Assembly: GCA_964016885.1 (NCBI GenBank)
Contig: OZ024741.1
Location: 30,566,001 to 30,630,000, forward strand
Direction: 5' to 3'
From: Eledone cirrhosa
Taxonomy: Eukaryota
Length of the DNA: 64,000 nt
Translations under genes and position numbers: made by a program
In this document: positions 1-15,857 of the stretch, piece by piece
How the letters are laid out: each line of letters starts with the position of its first letter
Position numbering within the stretch: the first letter of the stretch is position 1
Notes under the pieces: generated by a model
What the model was told of the DNA's origin: nothing
Database searches by the model: none
Seen by the model: the letters and a program-made list of their open reading frames with translations, nothing else

Positions 1-3000
1 AACAGATAGTTCACTTGGACCCAGGGGGGTCGACTGGTGGTGCTGGACCTTGGCAGTGGTGAAGGTGGAGCCTTTAGGCTGGTAGCCGCATATGCCCCTT
101 TTGGGACAGAGCGGCCCGACTTTTTCCAGCGTCTGGAGTCTTTTCTAGGGACGTCCCGTTCCCTGCTTTTAGTGGGGGACTGGAATGGTATCCTGGATGC
201 ACGTTGGGACTATGCAGGGGCATGTTCCGATAGAGAGGGGTGCAACAGCCTCAAAGGGGTTACTCGGCCGATTTGACCTGGCCGATAGATTTCGACTAGA
301 TTTTCCGACGGTGCCAACCTGGTCTTGGTCAAATCGCAGCGGATCATCTAGGTCGTACCTAGATAGGTTTTTAGTTAGAAATAAGGACAGGGACATTTTA
401 AGTTGTCCAGAAATGCTCATGGCTGGCTATTCAGACCACAAGTTGGTGACCTGCATGGTCAACCTTGATAGAACGCATAGACTGGGCCCCGGTTACTGGA
501 AGCTCAACTTGTCCTTGCCGGCAAGTAGAGCTTACAGGGATCGGATTAGTACGTTAGTTAAGGAACGGTTGACTGGAGCGATCGTCAACAGCAGGTGGTG
601 GGTATCTCTAAAGAGAGAGATTAGAGTAGTCTCGATAGAATTTAGTAAGGTTCTAGCTGCGGATAGGAATAGGAAGGAAAGGGAGCTAATATATAGAGTA
701 GAAGAGGCAATTAGAAGCGGCGACTTGGCCAGAGTGCTAGCGTTGAGAACGGCTTTGAGCCAGTTTTTCGACGCGAAACACGAAGGCTGCGTTGTCCGAA
801 GTAAAATACGTGCTCTAGGGAACGAGGGGACCAAAGCTGTTAGCTGGGCCCGCGTGACAGAAGCCAAGAGTGGAACTAAATCCACCATCCGGTCTTTGCG
901 AGACCAGGATGGACGGGCGATCCTTGAGCCTAGGCAGATGTGTGAGGCCTTTCAAAGGCACCTTGCCCGACTGTTCGGAAGGGGCGGGGAGACGGTTGGG
1001 GATGTGGACTTCGGTCCATACCTCGACGGCCTGCCGCGTCTCTCGGACAGGGAGGCGAAGTCCTGCGAGGAGCTGATTTCAGCCGCTGAGATAGAGGACG
1101 TGCTGAGCCAATGCGGCAAACGCAAATCCCCGGGTCTCGATGGTCTTCCATACGGATTATATCTAGCTATGCCGGACTTGTTCCCCGATCTCCTCGAGGC
1201 GGTCTACTGCAACTGGCAACAGAACGGGAGAATTCCCTGTACTGTGACCAAGGGCGTAGTCACGCTAGTGAGGAAGGACGAGAACAAGGGGGACGAAATA
1301 AGTAACTTCAGGCCCATAACTCTGCTAAATACAGAGTTACAGATTTTGGCCAAGGTGCTAGCAAAGAGGTTGGCGCTTGTCGTGGGCAACCTGGTGGGAG
1401 ATGCGCAGACATGTGCTATCCCGTCCAGGTCCATCCATGACAACCTCCACCTCATGCCATACATCATAGAGAGGGTTGGGAACGAACCCGGCTTTGGTGG
1501 GGCTCTGATCAACTTGGATCAATCTAAGGCGTTCGATAGGGTCGACCATGGTTACCTGGAGGCGGTGTTGCGGCGACAAGCTTCGGACTCGTTTTCAGGG
1601 GCTGGATCACTTCTATGCACAGCAGCCGCATCTGCTCTAGGGTCAAGGTGAACGGCTAGCTCTCGGAGCCGTTCAAAATCGCGTGGTCCATCCGACAAGG
1701 GTGCCCTCTCTACTCCCTTCTGTATGTGTTGACTCTCGAGCCACTACTGCGGAAGTTGGAGTTGTTGCAGGGCATCCCTTTGGAACCGGGATTGCGGAAA
1801 GCGGTGTCGGCCTACGCCGATGACGTGACAGTAATGGCGTCGACGGCCTCCGAAATCGGGGCGATCAGCACCTTACTAGAGGAGTACGAAAGGTTCACAG
1901 GGGCTAATCTGAACCGGGAGAAGTCGATCGGTTTGCAACTCGGCACGTGGAGGGGCAGACCGATGCCCTCCGATGGCGTCGTTGGACGCTGGACGGAGGG
2001 CCCGGTGAAGTTGCTCGGGGTCTGGTTCGGACCAGACCTCAAGGTGGAGAAGAACTGGGCGGAGGTTACGAACAGGGTGTTTGCACTGACCCAGAAGTGG
2101 GCCAGTTGCAAACTATCCCTGAAAGGTCGGGCGGAGGTGGCGAACACCTATATAGCGTCCGTCATCTACTACCGCCTGGCCGTAGTGCCTTGCCCAAGGG
2201 AAACCCTCGCCAAGATGGAGCGCGCGCTCTTCCAATTCCTTTGGAAGAGGCGGGCTCCCTTGGTGAGGAGATTCATCTGCTGTTAACACCCTTCGAAAGG
2301 AGGGCTGGGGATGCCGTGGCTAATGATGCGTAAACACGCATTAAGGCTACGGCACTTCTACGTATTCCTCACCGGTCAACCGGCGTGGGCCTCGTTTGTG
2401 AGACGAACCTTTCCCAGACTCGTCTCACTCACCGAGCTGCAATCCCTGGTCAAGCAAAGACCGAGTAAACTGGGCGCCTGGCACACTGAGTGTGCCCAGG
2501 CGCTCACCGCCCTCTGGCAGGTGGATCCGGTTATCAGTGGAGATTCCACCGCAACATTCTATAGAGGGCTGGTACGCAGCAGGTGCGACGACGCCCTCGG
2601 AGAAGCCCTAGACATGGAGGAAGACGAACAGGCCCGCCTGTTCGGTAGGACATTCAGCCCGGGACCTATGGACAACTTCCAGAAGTCCCTAGCCTGGCAG
2701 TGCTACCGAGAGGCTGTACCCGTTCGAGAAAAGCTCTACAGACACGGGCCCCCGGGTAGAGGCCCCGCCAAAAATATCTGTCCCAGATGCGTGTGCGACG
2801 AGGAAACCGTTGCACACGCATTGGTACACTGCTCGGACGTAGCCGATCTGTGGGGCTATGTCGAACAACTGCTGTTAAGGGTGGGACCGATCCGGTTGAC
2901 CACCGAGTCTATTGTAATGATCAAGCCGCCTCTCCCCTTCAAAGATGAAGGAGAGGCTGTGTTTCTGTGCGTAATAGCCATGGTGAAGGAGGTTGTGTGG

Positions 3001-3460
3001 TGGACGCGTCTGAAAGGACTGAGGTCATGCATCTTTCTCTCTGGCCAACGACTGGTCCGTTTCTTCCGATATAATTTCGGAAGAAGGACCAGGTTGGAGA
3101 GAGAGGTGCTGCACCCCAGCCGTTTTTTTATGAAAGGTAAGTGAAAGTGGCGAGAATGGCCCGTGTGAATGGGCCTTCTCTTTACATAAGCCTGTAGGCG
3201 GAAAAGAGGAAGGAACGAGGGAGCACACCCTCTCTCTGTGCTCCTGAGGAGAAGGGTTGCACACATTTTTCGGGGGGGGGGGTGCGACCCCCCAAGGCGC
3301 CTCCTCTCTATTGAGGATTTTGTTATAAATTTTATTTTTTGTTATATTTTATTTTATTTTTATATTTTGTTATTGCCTCCTCCTTATTGAGGACGCCTTG
3401 TTTTGTAAACTCCCCTTTGTACTTTGTCCCACTTTTGATGCCCTGGTGGCAAATAAAAGA
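1..3460 (+). mobile_element. Tx1/L1-clade non-LTR retrotransposon, ORF2 and 3' end, disrupted
   Basis: APE motifs (LVGDWN, YLDRFLV, SDH), RT motifs (KSPGLDG, FRPITLLN, DQSKAFDRVDH, QGCPL, AYADD) and a C-terminal CPRC..H..HC knuckle. AATAAA at 3452 is followed by simple repeats. Confidence 0.93.
37..3144 (+). pseudogene. APE-RT ORF2 broken into pieces (37-276, 185-1651, 1726-2286, 2311-3144)
   Basis: Collinear domain fragments, separated by frameshifts near 250 and 1575 and stops near 1658 and 2284. Confidence 0.9.
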
Positions 3461-4112
3461 AACATATCTATCTACATACACACACACATATATATATAAA
3501 TATATATATCAATCTGTTAATCAGTCGGTCTTTTTATCTCCCTATATACCGTCCTACGTACCTAACAACATATACATCTCCCTAATTTTCTACAAAAGAA
3601 TCTACTAACATACCTGTCTATATATCTATCCATCTATATATCTACCTACCTTTATATATCCAGCAGCCTCCCTGGCTGTCAATCTATAATTATCTATTTC
3701 CACATATGTTCCAACGTATCTATTAGGTACATGGAGAACAACAAGCAACGAATCGTAATATTTTTGCTTTATAAATGAACATAGAATTAAATACAGGAGT
3801 AACCAGAGTGACAACAGGGAAATGTTCAACGTAGTACTACTATGGTTGATGTTGACTCTGTTTATTTACTTACGTTCCTTTATCTTTGTTCAAATGACAC
3901 CAATTGAAAACAAAATGGTATCGGCGGAAATCTATATCCATGACGAGTATGGCAAACAAAAAATTTCATTATGAAATTAATATGAAATTACTATTCCTAT
4001 GCTTCTCTGTAATGATGAGAAATAGCTGATACATCAATTCTATAGCAGTCCTGTGTGTATATATATACACACACACGACTGCTATAGAATGGATGTATAT
4101 ATATATATATAT

Positions 4113-5030
4113 ATTGTTATACTTTGGGAGGGTCATGTTGCCAATAAGAAACACACGCACCAGTTGCTTTCACTTCAATTTATTATAATAAATTCATAAA
4201 TTTAGGAATTTATAAATTTATGGTTGGTTGGTTGGTTCCACAACCAGATAGTTGTTTATATATTGTCAAAGTTCTTTCGTCACACATTCTGTGACCTCTT
4301 CAGTGACTGGGGATTCTTTTCTTTGTTTTTGTGCCTCTCCTTTGTTCTGTCCTACGCCATTTTGTATCTGTGTGTGTGGTGTGTGCTCAGTCTGCGCATG
4401 CGCCACCTCCGGGTGTCTGTGTGTGTTTATATTCGTTTATTTTATTTGTTTATTTGCATGTTACCGGTTGGTTGTTTGTTCTATGTGCGAGTGTGTTTTC
4501 ATTTTGTCCTTAATTGTAAGTTGTGATGTTGCTGTTCCACTCATATTTTCTATTCAATTTTGGTTGTAATTCTTTTATGTTTATTGCCTCTGTAATTTGT
4601 CTAAACATTGCGTCTTTTCTGTGTGTAGATTCTATTTTTATTTCTATGTTCTCTAATTTACCCTTATGTTCTATTTTAGCATGTTGGTAGAGTACAGATG
4701 ATTCTTTACTATCTTGAAGGTCTCGCCAGTGTTCATTTATCCGTTCTCCTACACTACGAGCTGTCTCACCTATGTACACTATATTTTTGTCTCTACATTG
4801 TCCTTCAGTACATCTTATGCTATATACTACATTTCTAGTTTTACAGTTAATATGGGGGCTTATTTTACAGGTTATACATTTCTTATCTATACAGGGGGGT
4901 CTTTGAAAAGGGTATGTCTTGCTAATAAGTGTTTTTTTACGGAGGTACCTGGTCTTTCTACTATCTTAATATTGAGTTTATGTTTATCTAGGGCCCTTCT
5001 AAATTTGTCGAGCAAACCTGCCAAAACCAC
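4113..5030 (-). mobile_element. Penelope-like element 3' fragment (GIY-YIG + terminal repeat), same family as 28263-29279
   Basis: ORF 4510-4779 reads YIGETARSVGERINEH...E...LN. The 3' region matches 28.68-29.22 kb and ends in (TA)n. Confidence 0.88.
4264..4308 (-). ncRNA. Minimal type I hammerhead ribozyme motif
   Basis: Minus strand: agtca CTGAAGA g gtcaca-gaatg-tgtgac GAAA gaac TT tgaca. Confidence 0.7.
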
Positions 5031-5559
5031 TTCTAAATTTTGTTGGGGGTGTTAGTAGGTGTTTGTCATCTTACCATCCCATTCCTACTGACTAGCCTCT
5101 GTGTCACGTGATTGATTCTTTAGAATCGGCCATATGACCAGTAGCAGTGAGAATTTTCAGTACCTGGAATCCAGTCCTCGATAGCTGTTCCATTTACCGA
5201 ATTATTATTATTTTTATATGAGTCCCCAGTGTCCGCGCATTGCCTGGAGACTTGGCTGAGAATAGACCTCCCTGATGACGCAATGAAATTATCAACAGTT
5301 CATTACGTAACTGTCTTTATCCCATTGCAGAAACTAATTAGTTGGAGTGAAAATTTAAGTAAGTTAATTTAAAAAAAAAAGTTTTTTTTAATTTTCTTAT
5401 TTTACGTGTTTTATATTATTGTTCTGCATCCTCCTGCATTGAACCACCTAGGTACTATGACATAACCTGTGTATTTGCTGGCATTAGCGTACATCTGTGC
5501 GCTTATGTTAGTAGATATATTAAATTATCTCTCTCTATATATATATTTATATATATATA

Positions 5560-6245
<686 letters not shown>

Positions 6246-6324
6246 GAAAATAGTACTCAACACCGACGTAGAGTTTAATTAATCATTTTATTAACATTAA
6301 CAAACCATTATTATCATTTAGAGT

Positions 6325-6470
6325 GTTAGCCCTCATGCTTAGCGGAATAGAGTTACAGCCCTTTACATTCTGATTTCAAATTCCGCCGAGGTTTGCTTTA
6401 CCTTTCATCCTTACGATGACGATTTACTCGACTTTCACCTCTACTGAAATTGATGGTAGAAACCATTAGT
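6325..6470 (+). mobile_element. Degenerate partial SINE copy
   Basis: ttcaaattccgccgagg...cctttcatccttacg matches the SINE at 6480. Confidence 0.6.
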
Positions 6471-6479
6471 AAGACATAT

Positions 6480-6670
6480 GGCCGGTGAATTGGCAGTATC
6501 GGTAGAGGGTCGGACGCCATGCTTTGCAGCATAGTTACGTCCCTTTACGGACTGAGTTCAAATCCCGCCGAGGTTAACTTTGCCTTTCATCCTTACGGGG
6601 TCGATAAAATAAAGTACCAGTAATGCACTGGTATTTGCTGGCCTTGTGCCTAAAGTAGAAACAATTATTA
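6480..6670 (+). mobile_element. tRNA-derived SINE
   Basis: A box TGGCAGTATCGG, B box GAGTTCAAATCC, body gcctttcatccttacggggtcgataaaataaagtaccag (resembles the Meta-SINE domain) and an (att)n tail. Several copies in the window. Confidence 0.85.
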
Positions 6671-7300
6671 AGACATAACAAAATGAATATCACACACACT
6701 CGCACAAATACACACACACACATATGCACACATATGTACATATGTGCGCACACACATATATGTGTGTGTGGAGGGAGAGAAGAAGAAGAAGAAGGAGAAG
6801 AAGAAGAAGAACAAGAAGAAGAAGAAGAAGAAGAAAAAGAAGTTAAAATATATATAAATACAGAAATGTTATGTGCACTGAAGCATGTATGAGAAAGCTG
6901 TTAAGATATAATACACACGTATACAAACATACATCAGCACACACGGAAATACAAACACAACTTCCGAAACATAATTATTCTAAATTCTATTAGAACACTA
7001 AACTGGAGTTGAATTATATAGTTCTGAATAGAATATAACATTTTACTAATCAATACGCTCACTTTTGCCAATTACAACACCGGAATGTTCAAAGTAATAG
7101 AGTTAGAAGAGTCTGAACCAGATTTGGCAACGTTTTTCGTGAAATTGGGAGAAATATTCTGGATATCTTAGATGAGATACACAAAAGGATATAACACATT
7201 TTCATTACATTTCAAACATTATTATAGAAAATCCAATATGCTAAATATACATACATATATATATGAAAATATATATGGATATATATATTTACATATATAT

Positions 7301-7373
<73 letters not shown>

Positions 7374-7438
7374 TATTTATATGTATATTATGTATATATA
7401 TATATATATATATATATGGATATATATATATATATTGA

Positions 7439-7469
<31 letters not shown>

Positions 7470-7549
7470 AGATATACATATATACATGTGTGTGTGTTCG
7501 TGCATTTGTAAGTGTGTCTATATCTGCATTTATAGGAATATGTATATAT

Positions 7550-7580
<31 letters not shown>

Positions 7581-7599
7581 ATATATATAAATATATGCG

Positions 7600-7642
7600 G
7601 AGAGTGAGAGTGCGAGAGAGAGAGAGATAGAGAGACAGAGAG

Positions 7643-7727
<85 letters not shown>

Positions 7728-7732
7728 GAGAG

Positions 7733-7766
<34 letters not shown>

Positions 7767-7773
7767 CGAGAGT

Positions 7774-7836
<63 letters not shown>
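7600..7836. repeat. (GA)n microsatellite
   Basis: Direct reading. Confidence 0.95.
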
Positions 7837-7837
<1 letters not shown>

Positions 7838-8121
7838 AGGAGGATTCTTACTTAATATAAGCAGTAAAATATTCGACGAAAATAGAGATAAATACCTTGG
7901 ATATATTAGGACTAGAAATAAATAGGCAACATATATGGCTAATAAAATATGCCACATGTTAACACTGGGAAAATGAAAACAGAAATCAACTTTATAGTTA
8001 GGGAACGAAGGGTAAATCTCAGGATTTTCGAGGTCTCAGTGAAGTTGGACATATAGACGATCATAGCCTGCATTCGTGGAAGGAAGCGACACTACCTTGG
8101 ATGTAAATAGAATCAACTCTC

Positions 8122-8350
8122 TTAACCCTTTAGTATTTAAATTACTCTATATATACTATTATACTTTCTTGGTAAAGGCTTTCCCTCACATAATTATCTC
8201 ACATAATATCGAATCTATGAGATTTTGATATTATTTATTTGGAGTAGAATACCTTAACGTTAGTATGAGTGGCCGGTTACAGCGTGTTTGAACAGAAAAA
8301 GATGAGAGAAATCTGGCCGGATATGGCCGGTTTAAATGCTAAAGGTTTAA
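8122..8350. mobile_element. piggyBac-type MITE
   Basis: TTAA at both ends. Imperfect TIRs ccctttagtatttaaa / tttaaatgctaaaggt. Confidence 0.65.
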
Positions 8351-8353
8351 ATT

Positions 8354-8803
8354 TAGAAGAATATCTTCAGCAACTTTTCTATATCCCGTTTTTTCACTGG
8401 GTTAATATCAATGCTTTTAGAAGAATACTTTCAGCAAATTTTCTATATCCCCTTCTTTCACTGGGTTAATATCAATGTTTTCAGAAGAATACCTTCAGTA
8501 AGTTTTTTATATAACCTTCTTTCACTGGGTTAATATCAATGCTTTTAGAAGAATACCTTCAGCAAATTTTCTGTATACCCTTCTTTCACTGGGTTAATAT
8601 CAATGTTTTTAGAAGAATACCTTCAGCAAATTTTCTATATACCCTTCTTTCACTGGGTTAATATCAATGTTTTTAGAAGAATAGCTTCAGCAAATTTTCT
8701 ATATACCCTTCTTTCACTGGGTTAATATCAATGCTTTTAGAAGAATAACTTCAGCAAATTTTCTATATACTGTTCTTTCACTGGGTTAATATCAATGTTT
8801 TTA
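8354..8803. repeat. 64-bp minisatellite, 7 copies
   Basis: Unit tagaagaataccttcagcaaattttctatatacccttctttcactgggttaatatcaatgYttt recurs every 64 bp. Confidence 0.95.
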
Positions 8804-9699
8804 AATAAAACAAAAGGAAATATAACATGTTGAAAGTGGGCAGGAATTTCTGTGTTGACTGATAAAATAACAAGTCAATCAATCATATTGATGGCCTCCC
8901 CACAATAGAATGTGATGAGAGATCTGTGTAATTTTCAGAGAGAAGGTGTTTCTAAACATTAAAACAAAGAATCTGTATAGGAACTCAGACCTCATTCGGT
9001 TGCCGGATGGTGTTGAGCTGCAGGCCACATTTTGGGATTGAAAACTTGGTTGCTATCAATTTAGTTGAAACAACAGTAAATTTAGTAACAACAGAGGTGA
9101 ATGAAGAAAACACAGGGGAAGGGGAAGAGATAGTAAATTAAAGAACGGAAATGAAAGAAAGAAAGAAAGAGAGAAAGGAATAGAAAAAAGAAAAAGAAAG
9201 AAAGAAAGAGAGAAGGGAATAGAAAAAAGAGAGGATTATGATTGAGCAAACATAAACATAATAGGTTATCGGGAAAAAGTGTGTATATAATATCAGCAGA
9301 AATTGTATATAGACAAAGGGTTACACAGAACGAAGGGACGCCTGCATCTCTAAGGAGAAAGTAACACAAACACTCTCACACCCCGATTCGGATTTTTGAG
9401 ACACGAGAACTACCTCACCTTGTAATGAAGAAGATCGAGTGGAGAGGGGGAATAACAACCCCACCATTACAAACACTATCACAACAACAACAACCACAAT
9501 TAACACCATGACTACCAATAAAAGAAACTTGTACAAGAACAACAGAAAGACACAGGCAAGCAATAACAGCAACAACTAACCACACATTCACCAAAATTTG
9601 TGATAGCTAGAGGGAAGGAAGAAATAATGATGTCCCTCGTGGCACAGAGGGAGGATGTTTAAAGCATCAGCATTTTCAAGGTGACATAGAATTTGGAAA

Positions 9700-11750
9700 T
9701 GATCCCGACAATTACTTGGGATATAAAACGCTCATGATATCTTCAACAGCCCCAGGAGGGTAATAAGTCCCTTTTTTTTCTACTGACTCTTTCAAGCCAA
9801 CACTGCAAGATAAGAGTATGATTTATAAATTCATATGGTTTGGGGTTATCCTGGAAGCAAGATCTCAGTGACGTCAGATCCCTAGCTATAGATGTAACAG
9901 CCATTAGCAAGACCAGAATTGCTGAAACACACGCACTAGCCCCAGGTTTTGACGACATTGAGATCTACGAACGGAGTGTCGACCTGGAACGGGGGAAACG
10001 GAGTGCCACACTCTTTTGGAGAATCTTGTGCCACGAGGTTTATTTTCTCTTCCTGGTAAATGTGTGGTCCTGCATATGAACGGTGGGGAAGGTGCTGCTT
10101 TAATACTAGTGGCCTAAAATGTCCCGACTGAGGAAGGATGGCCGGAATTCTTCCGGCTTTTGGAAGCTTTTTTGGAATGTCTCAACTTTTAGTGTTAGTG
10201 GGGAACTGGAAAGGCGTCTTGGAGACACAATGGCATCGTATCGGAGCAGCTGATTGAATATTCGTCGAAAAGCTTCAATAATCTGATCAGACGGTTCCAA
10301 ATGACTAAAAGGTAACGACTAGATAATTTGAATGTGCCTGTGTAGATATGGTATAGAATCATAAATTTAGTTTCATTTTTTGTCCAACAGATAGAGATAG
10401 CGTAGGGTGTCAACAATACAAACACTCGCATATTCGGTCTGGCATATTAGTTGAACGTCAGTTCACGGACAATCGTTATCAATAGGTTGTGGTGCTCTCT
10501 CAAGAAAGCTGTTAGAGTTGATTCAATAGATATAATTAAAGAAGGGCAACAGGAATAACATGGAGTAGATAGAGAGTTAGTCAAATTAGAAGAAGCGATT
10601 AGGAGATGTATTACAACGATATGCTATTTGTGAGATTGGAAATGGATCATTTCTTGTATGTGGAGGTTGCATTGTCTGAGGTGAGTAGACAGATCTCACC
10701 CAGAAATGGACGGAAGGGAAGCTATGTGAGAATGGTCGGGGATGGTGATTAGCCTCGTTTGTATGATTCAGACTTAGACTTGATACAAGCGAAGACCAAG
10801 ACAAGAAACCTAGCATCCGGAATGTTGTCAGGCGCTCATAGCTCTTTAGCAGTTGAGCAATGCGGTCAGGAAATTTCCACATTATTGTTCTTCAGGGGAG
10901 TAGTGGCCAAGCGTGACAATGTTCTCAGGAGAAATTTATGTTTTATCCAGAATGAACTAACCAGTTTGTTGCGGAAAAGTTTTGGCCGGGAGATTATGGA
11001 CGAATTCCAGTAATCTTTGGTCTGGCAATGATATTGGACTCCATTGCAGGTTCGGGGCAACTCTACAGGCACGGAAGAGCTGTGAGAAGAAACTGTCCGA
11101 GTTACGTGCAGCGCGATGAAACTGTCCTGCACGCACTCATACTGTACTGACACGCGTGTGCGAAGTTTTTTTTAAAAGGTTTCCATTGTGGAGATTGCCC
11201 ACTTTTGAACAGGACGAACAGGCAGTTTCCTCTGTCTGTTGGAGTGTGATGAACAAGCCTGAAAAGACGAAAGACTCTTTGGACAGGCCCTCATCGACAT
11301 TTTAAAGCATACTTGGATAGGAAGGTGAGGGTGGAATAGGATGTGGTGCCCACCACACGAGGGTATTTGTTAAAAGGTGAGTGGATATGGTGGAAGAGAA
11401 CAGCGAGCAGAGGAATGCTCTCTTATAGTGCTTTTCATCTTCTTTCGTTGTGTTGGTCTCAGATTGTTCTTCGCTTGATGGAGATCTGACATCAGTAACC
11501 AGTTTCTATGCCTCACAGCAAGGAGGTAAACACATGGTAGCCCCAGAGCTCTTGGTGGTCTTGATGATTTCTGACATGTCGCGTTCATAAATTACATATC
11601 TGTTGTCTTCTTTCCCTTTGGGAAATTCTGTTACCTTCAATTTCCTAATTTTTACCTATTTTCTGTATACGTTTGTTTATATGATAAACCTGACTCTCCC
11701 TATTTATTGAACTGTTCACAATATATCCGGCCCTTGTGGTTAATAATTAA
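9700..11750 (+). pseudogene. Heavily decayed Tx1/L1-like LINE remnant
   Basis: APE N-terminus-like DLSDVRSLAIDVTAISKTR at 9840-10079. The 3' end (cccttgtggttaataattaaa) resembles the LINE end near 3440. Confidence 0.5.
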
Positions 11751-11769
11751 ATTATTATTATCAGCATAC

Positions 11770-11930
11770 CAGTTTGTCAGTATCGGTAGAGCGTCGGACA
11801 TCAGGATTCATGGCATAGAGTTACAGCTCTTTACGTTCTGAGTTAAAATCTCGCCGAGGTTAAGCTTTACTTCTCATTTTTACAGGGTTGATAAAATAAA
11901 ATACCATTAACAAACTGGGGACGATTTCAG
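11770..11930 (+). mobile_element. tRNA-derived SINE copy
   Basis: cagtatcggtagagcgtcggac...gagttaaaatctcgccgagg...gataaaataaaatacca. Confidence 0.75.
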
Positions 11931-12330
11931 TGCCTTTCTTCACCTCTAAACTATTTTCAACATTAGAGAGTTTTTCCTCCATGTAAAAACACATATTATT
12001 GCCAGAAACTATTGAGCACTATTTTTATCTTGATAGCTTTTAAGTAAATTAGTAATTTTGACGAAAATGTGTCGGCTTTCACAGTTCCATTTTCACATGT
12101 TTCCTTTGTGTATACTATAAATTATTGTAATTATTTTACGATACGATGGTATGTATGATAACATCTACTAAATCGAATACTTCTATAGTTGTCTCCTTAA
12201 TATGAACTATATTTATTAAACTCTCTCCAGTTATGTTTGTGAAGAGACATATATGCACAAACGTATGCATACATACACACAAACGCGAACACACAGAGTC
12301 AAACGCACATAAACATATATATTTACTCAT

Positions 12331-12432
12331 ATACGGTGGCGCAAAAGTCATGCACCAGTAAAAATAACACTTAACCATATCTTCAATTTTTTATGTTGTA
12401 AGTGAATATAAAAAATATTCATGGTGCATGAC
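12331..12432. mobile_element. Tc1/mariner-like MITE remnant
   Basis: tacggtggcgcaaaagtcatgcacca with a partial inverted copy tggtgcatgac. Confidence 0.4.
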
Positions 12433-12739
12433 ATATATATATATATATATATATTATAGGTGTGTTAATATTATAAACCACCTATCTGTGATAATTATCG
12501 ATTCAACATAGCACAGAACATTCGTATTTTCCCCGCTGTAAATATTTTAGAATATTCTGTTTTACAATATTCGCAGATTTTTGAAGTTGAATAGAAGTTC
12601 CTACCAAACACTGAAATATCAATATTATCGCCAATCTTTAGATACTCATGTATTCCACCAAAGTATTGTCGTTCTGAGGAATAGGTTCAGATTTAGGTAA
12701 ATGGCCAATAAATTGTGGGAGGGGAAATCGCTTTAATTG

Positions 12740-12893
12740 ATTTTAATGCATTATTGTTACTTTCTTGTATCGACCACGTAAGGATCAAAAGCAATTCTAA
12801 CACGGGCGGGATTTGAAATAAGAATGTACAGGGGCGTAACTACGAGCCGTAAAATGTAACCGACGCTCTACCGATTCTGCCAATCCACCGCGC
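12740..12893 (-). mobile_element. tRNA-derived SINE copy (diverged)
   Basis: Reverse complement begins gcggtggattggcagaatcggtagagcgtcgg...ttcaaatcccgcc. Confidence 0.7.
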
Positions 12894-13814
12894 TGTTGTT
12901 CTGAATAATAACTACTTTTTTATGTACATTAATTTCTGCTGAGTCTACGTATATCTTAATGATGACTAAAATATCTTCCTTACGTGTTTACCTAAACATA
13001 TTTGATGTTTCAATTATTACAAAGATTGTTTTACAATTGACTATATTCGCGTTCGTATACTTGATGTTTACAGTTTTACTATAACTCTAAAGATTCCCTT
13101 CTTAGACTGACGCAATGTTGGGGTACCATCTTAAAGGGATATAGTCGATCATATGGACATGAGTATTTCTGTTTCTCCAGACACTTATTTTACCCTTCTT
13201 TTATCGAACGTTTGTTTAAGGGTACACAATGTGACAATAAACGTATACGCTGACACGAGCTATGGCACACTTGCACATACGAACACACACACACAAACTC
13301 GCACACACACACACACACGTACACACACTTACACATGTACGCACGAATACACACATACACACACATAGATACATACATACATATATAACATATATTAGGT
13401 ATGAATCGAAGTTATAGCTGCCATATAACAGGTAGTAATCGAGTTGTTTGAGGCCACCACAAAGAACTCGATAGAGTGGTATGTTAATACGCGAGTAAAC
13501 CCAAGATACATATATATATATATCCTCTACTGATACTTCCATTTTACCGCAGATGTTATGGGTTCTAAATCATAACACCGAGAACTACGTATACCAAATG
13601 TGACAACAACAAAAACAATACCAACATTTCATCATCGTACCAGTAGTTTTACAGGTAATCAGTTACATGTGAGTAGAGGTAGTATATCCAATATTGTCAA
13701 CTAATAACCATATAACCATTTATACACTCAACAATATATTACCAAGGATGTATTACTCCAGATGGAAGTTTAAGTAACTTCAAACGAGATGCAAGGCTAT
13801 AGGGTGTTAGTTAA

Positions 13815-14395
<581 letters not shown>

Positions 14396-14663
14396 GGGGA
14401 TTACATAGTAATCGACACAGCCAGCTCTATATATGAATATCATTAATATTCATAAGGAAAACGATTGAAAATTCGATTCACAAAATATGTTTGAAAATGA
14501 GGAAAATCTGTTTTGAAATTCTAATGAATAATTCAAAAATCATATTCGATTTTTACCCATTTTCTATTGCGATTTATTGTTGTTGTGGTCGTTGTTGTTG
14601 TCCTTTTGCTTCCAGTTTCAAAGAACCAAGATCCTTTTTTATGCGTTTATCATTTTGTATATG

Positions 14664-14708
<45 letters not shown>

Positions 14709-15023
14709 ATATGAATATGTGTATGAATATGTGTATATGTGTGTGTTTATGTGTGTATATAATTGTCAATGTGTTTTATCAGACTTTTATGTGCATATTT
14801 ATTTATGTGTTTATTTGCCACCTTTAAATATTTATTGTTTTAGATATTTATAGTATTCTTTTATATGATAAAGTGTTAGTTTACTTTATTTTGTTGTGGC
14901 TCGGCGAGGCGGAGGTAATATTTGATAGAGTCAGTTATTAGAATATATTAAATGAAAAACGATATGTGGCTAAATATGTATACCTATGTACATACACAAA
15001 CTCACACACATTACCTCTTTATC

Positions 15024-15060
<37 letters not shown>

Positions 15061-15092
15061 TATATACTTGTGTGTGTGTGTGTCTGTATGTA

Positions 15093-15148
<56 letters not shown>

Positions 15149-15174
15149 TATATGTGTATATATACATACATATA

Positions 15175-15224
<50 letters not shown>

Positions 15225-15622
15225 TATACTTGTGTGTGAGTATGTATGTATGCATATATATATATATAATATATATATATGTGTGTATGTTTCTTTATAA
15301 TGACGTCTATATTTGGGGTATATATTAAAGATTACGATTCTAAATGCCATTTAGTACATGAATATAAACTAGTTTACACAATCAAGATACCCATATTAAC
15401 TGACATACACAGACAAACATATACAAACACTCTTATCTCTTCATATATATATACTCTGTACGTATGTAAATATCTGTATAGAGAAACGATTGCTGTTGTT
15501 TTCCTCATTAAAATAGTTATGAGCTGAATATAACAGAACTATGTGGATTAAAACAGTCACGCTTTTCTAGACACAAACATGTATTCACATACAGGTAATT
15601 TATACACTCTCTCTCACACTCA

Positions 15623-15718
<96 letters not shown>

Positions 15719-15758
15719 CACTCACACATACACACATACACACAAATATATATATACA

Positions 15759-15857
15759 TAGGGTGTCCCCTAAAATGTATACGCACATCAATAGCATTCT
15801 AATAAATATCGGCTGTACAAGTAATCAAATTGTGTATACAGTTTTGGGGATACCCTG
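15759..15857. mobile_element. Tc1/mariner-type MITE (~100 bp)
   Basis: TIRs agggtgtcccctaaaatgtatac / gtatacagttttggggataccctg, flanked by TA. Confidence 0.6.

Noticed and set aside
8354-8803. CRISPR-like regular repeat
   Set aside because: Contiguous near-identical units with no unique spacers, no cas genes and a eukaryotic context.
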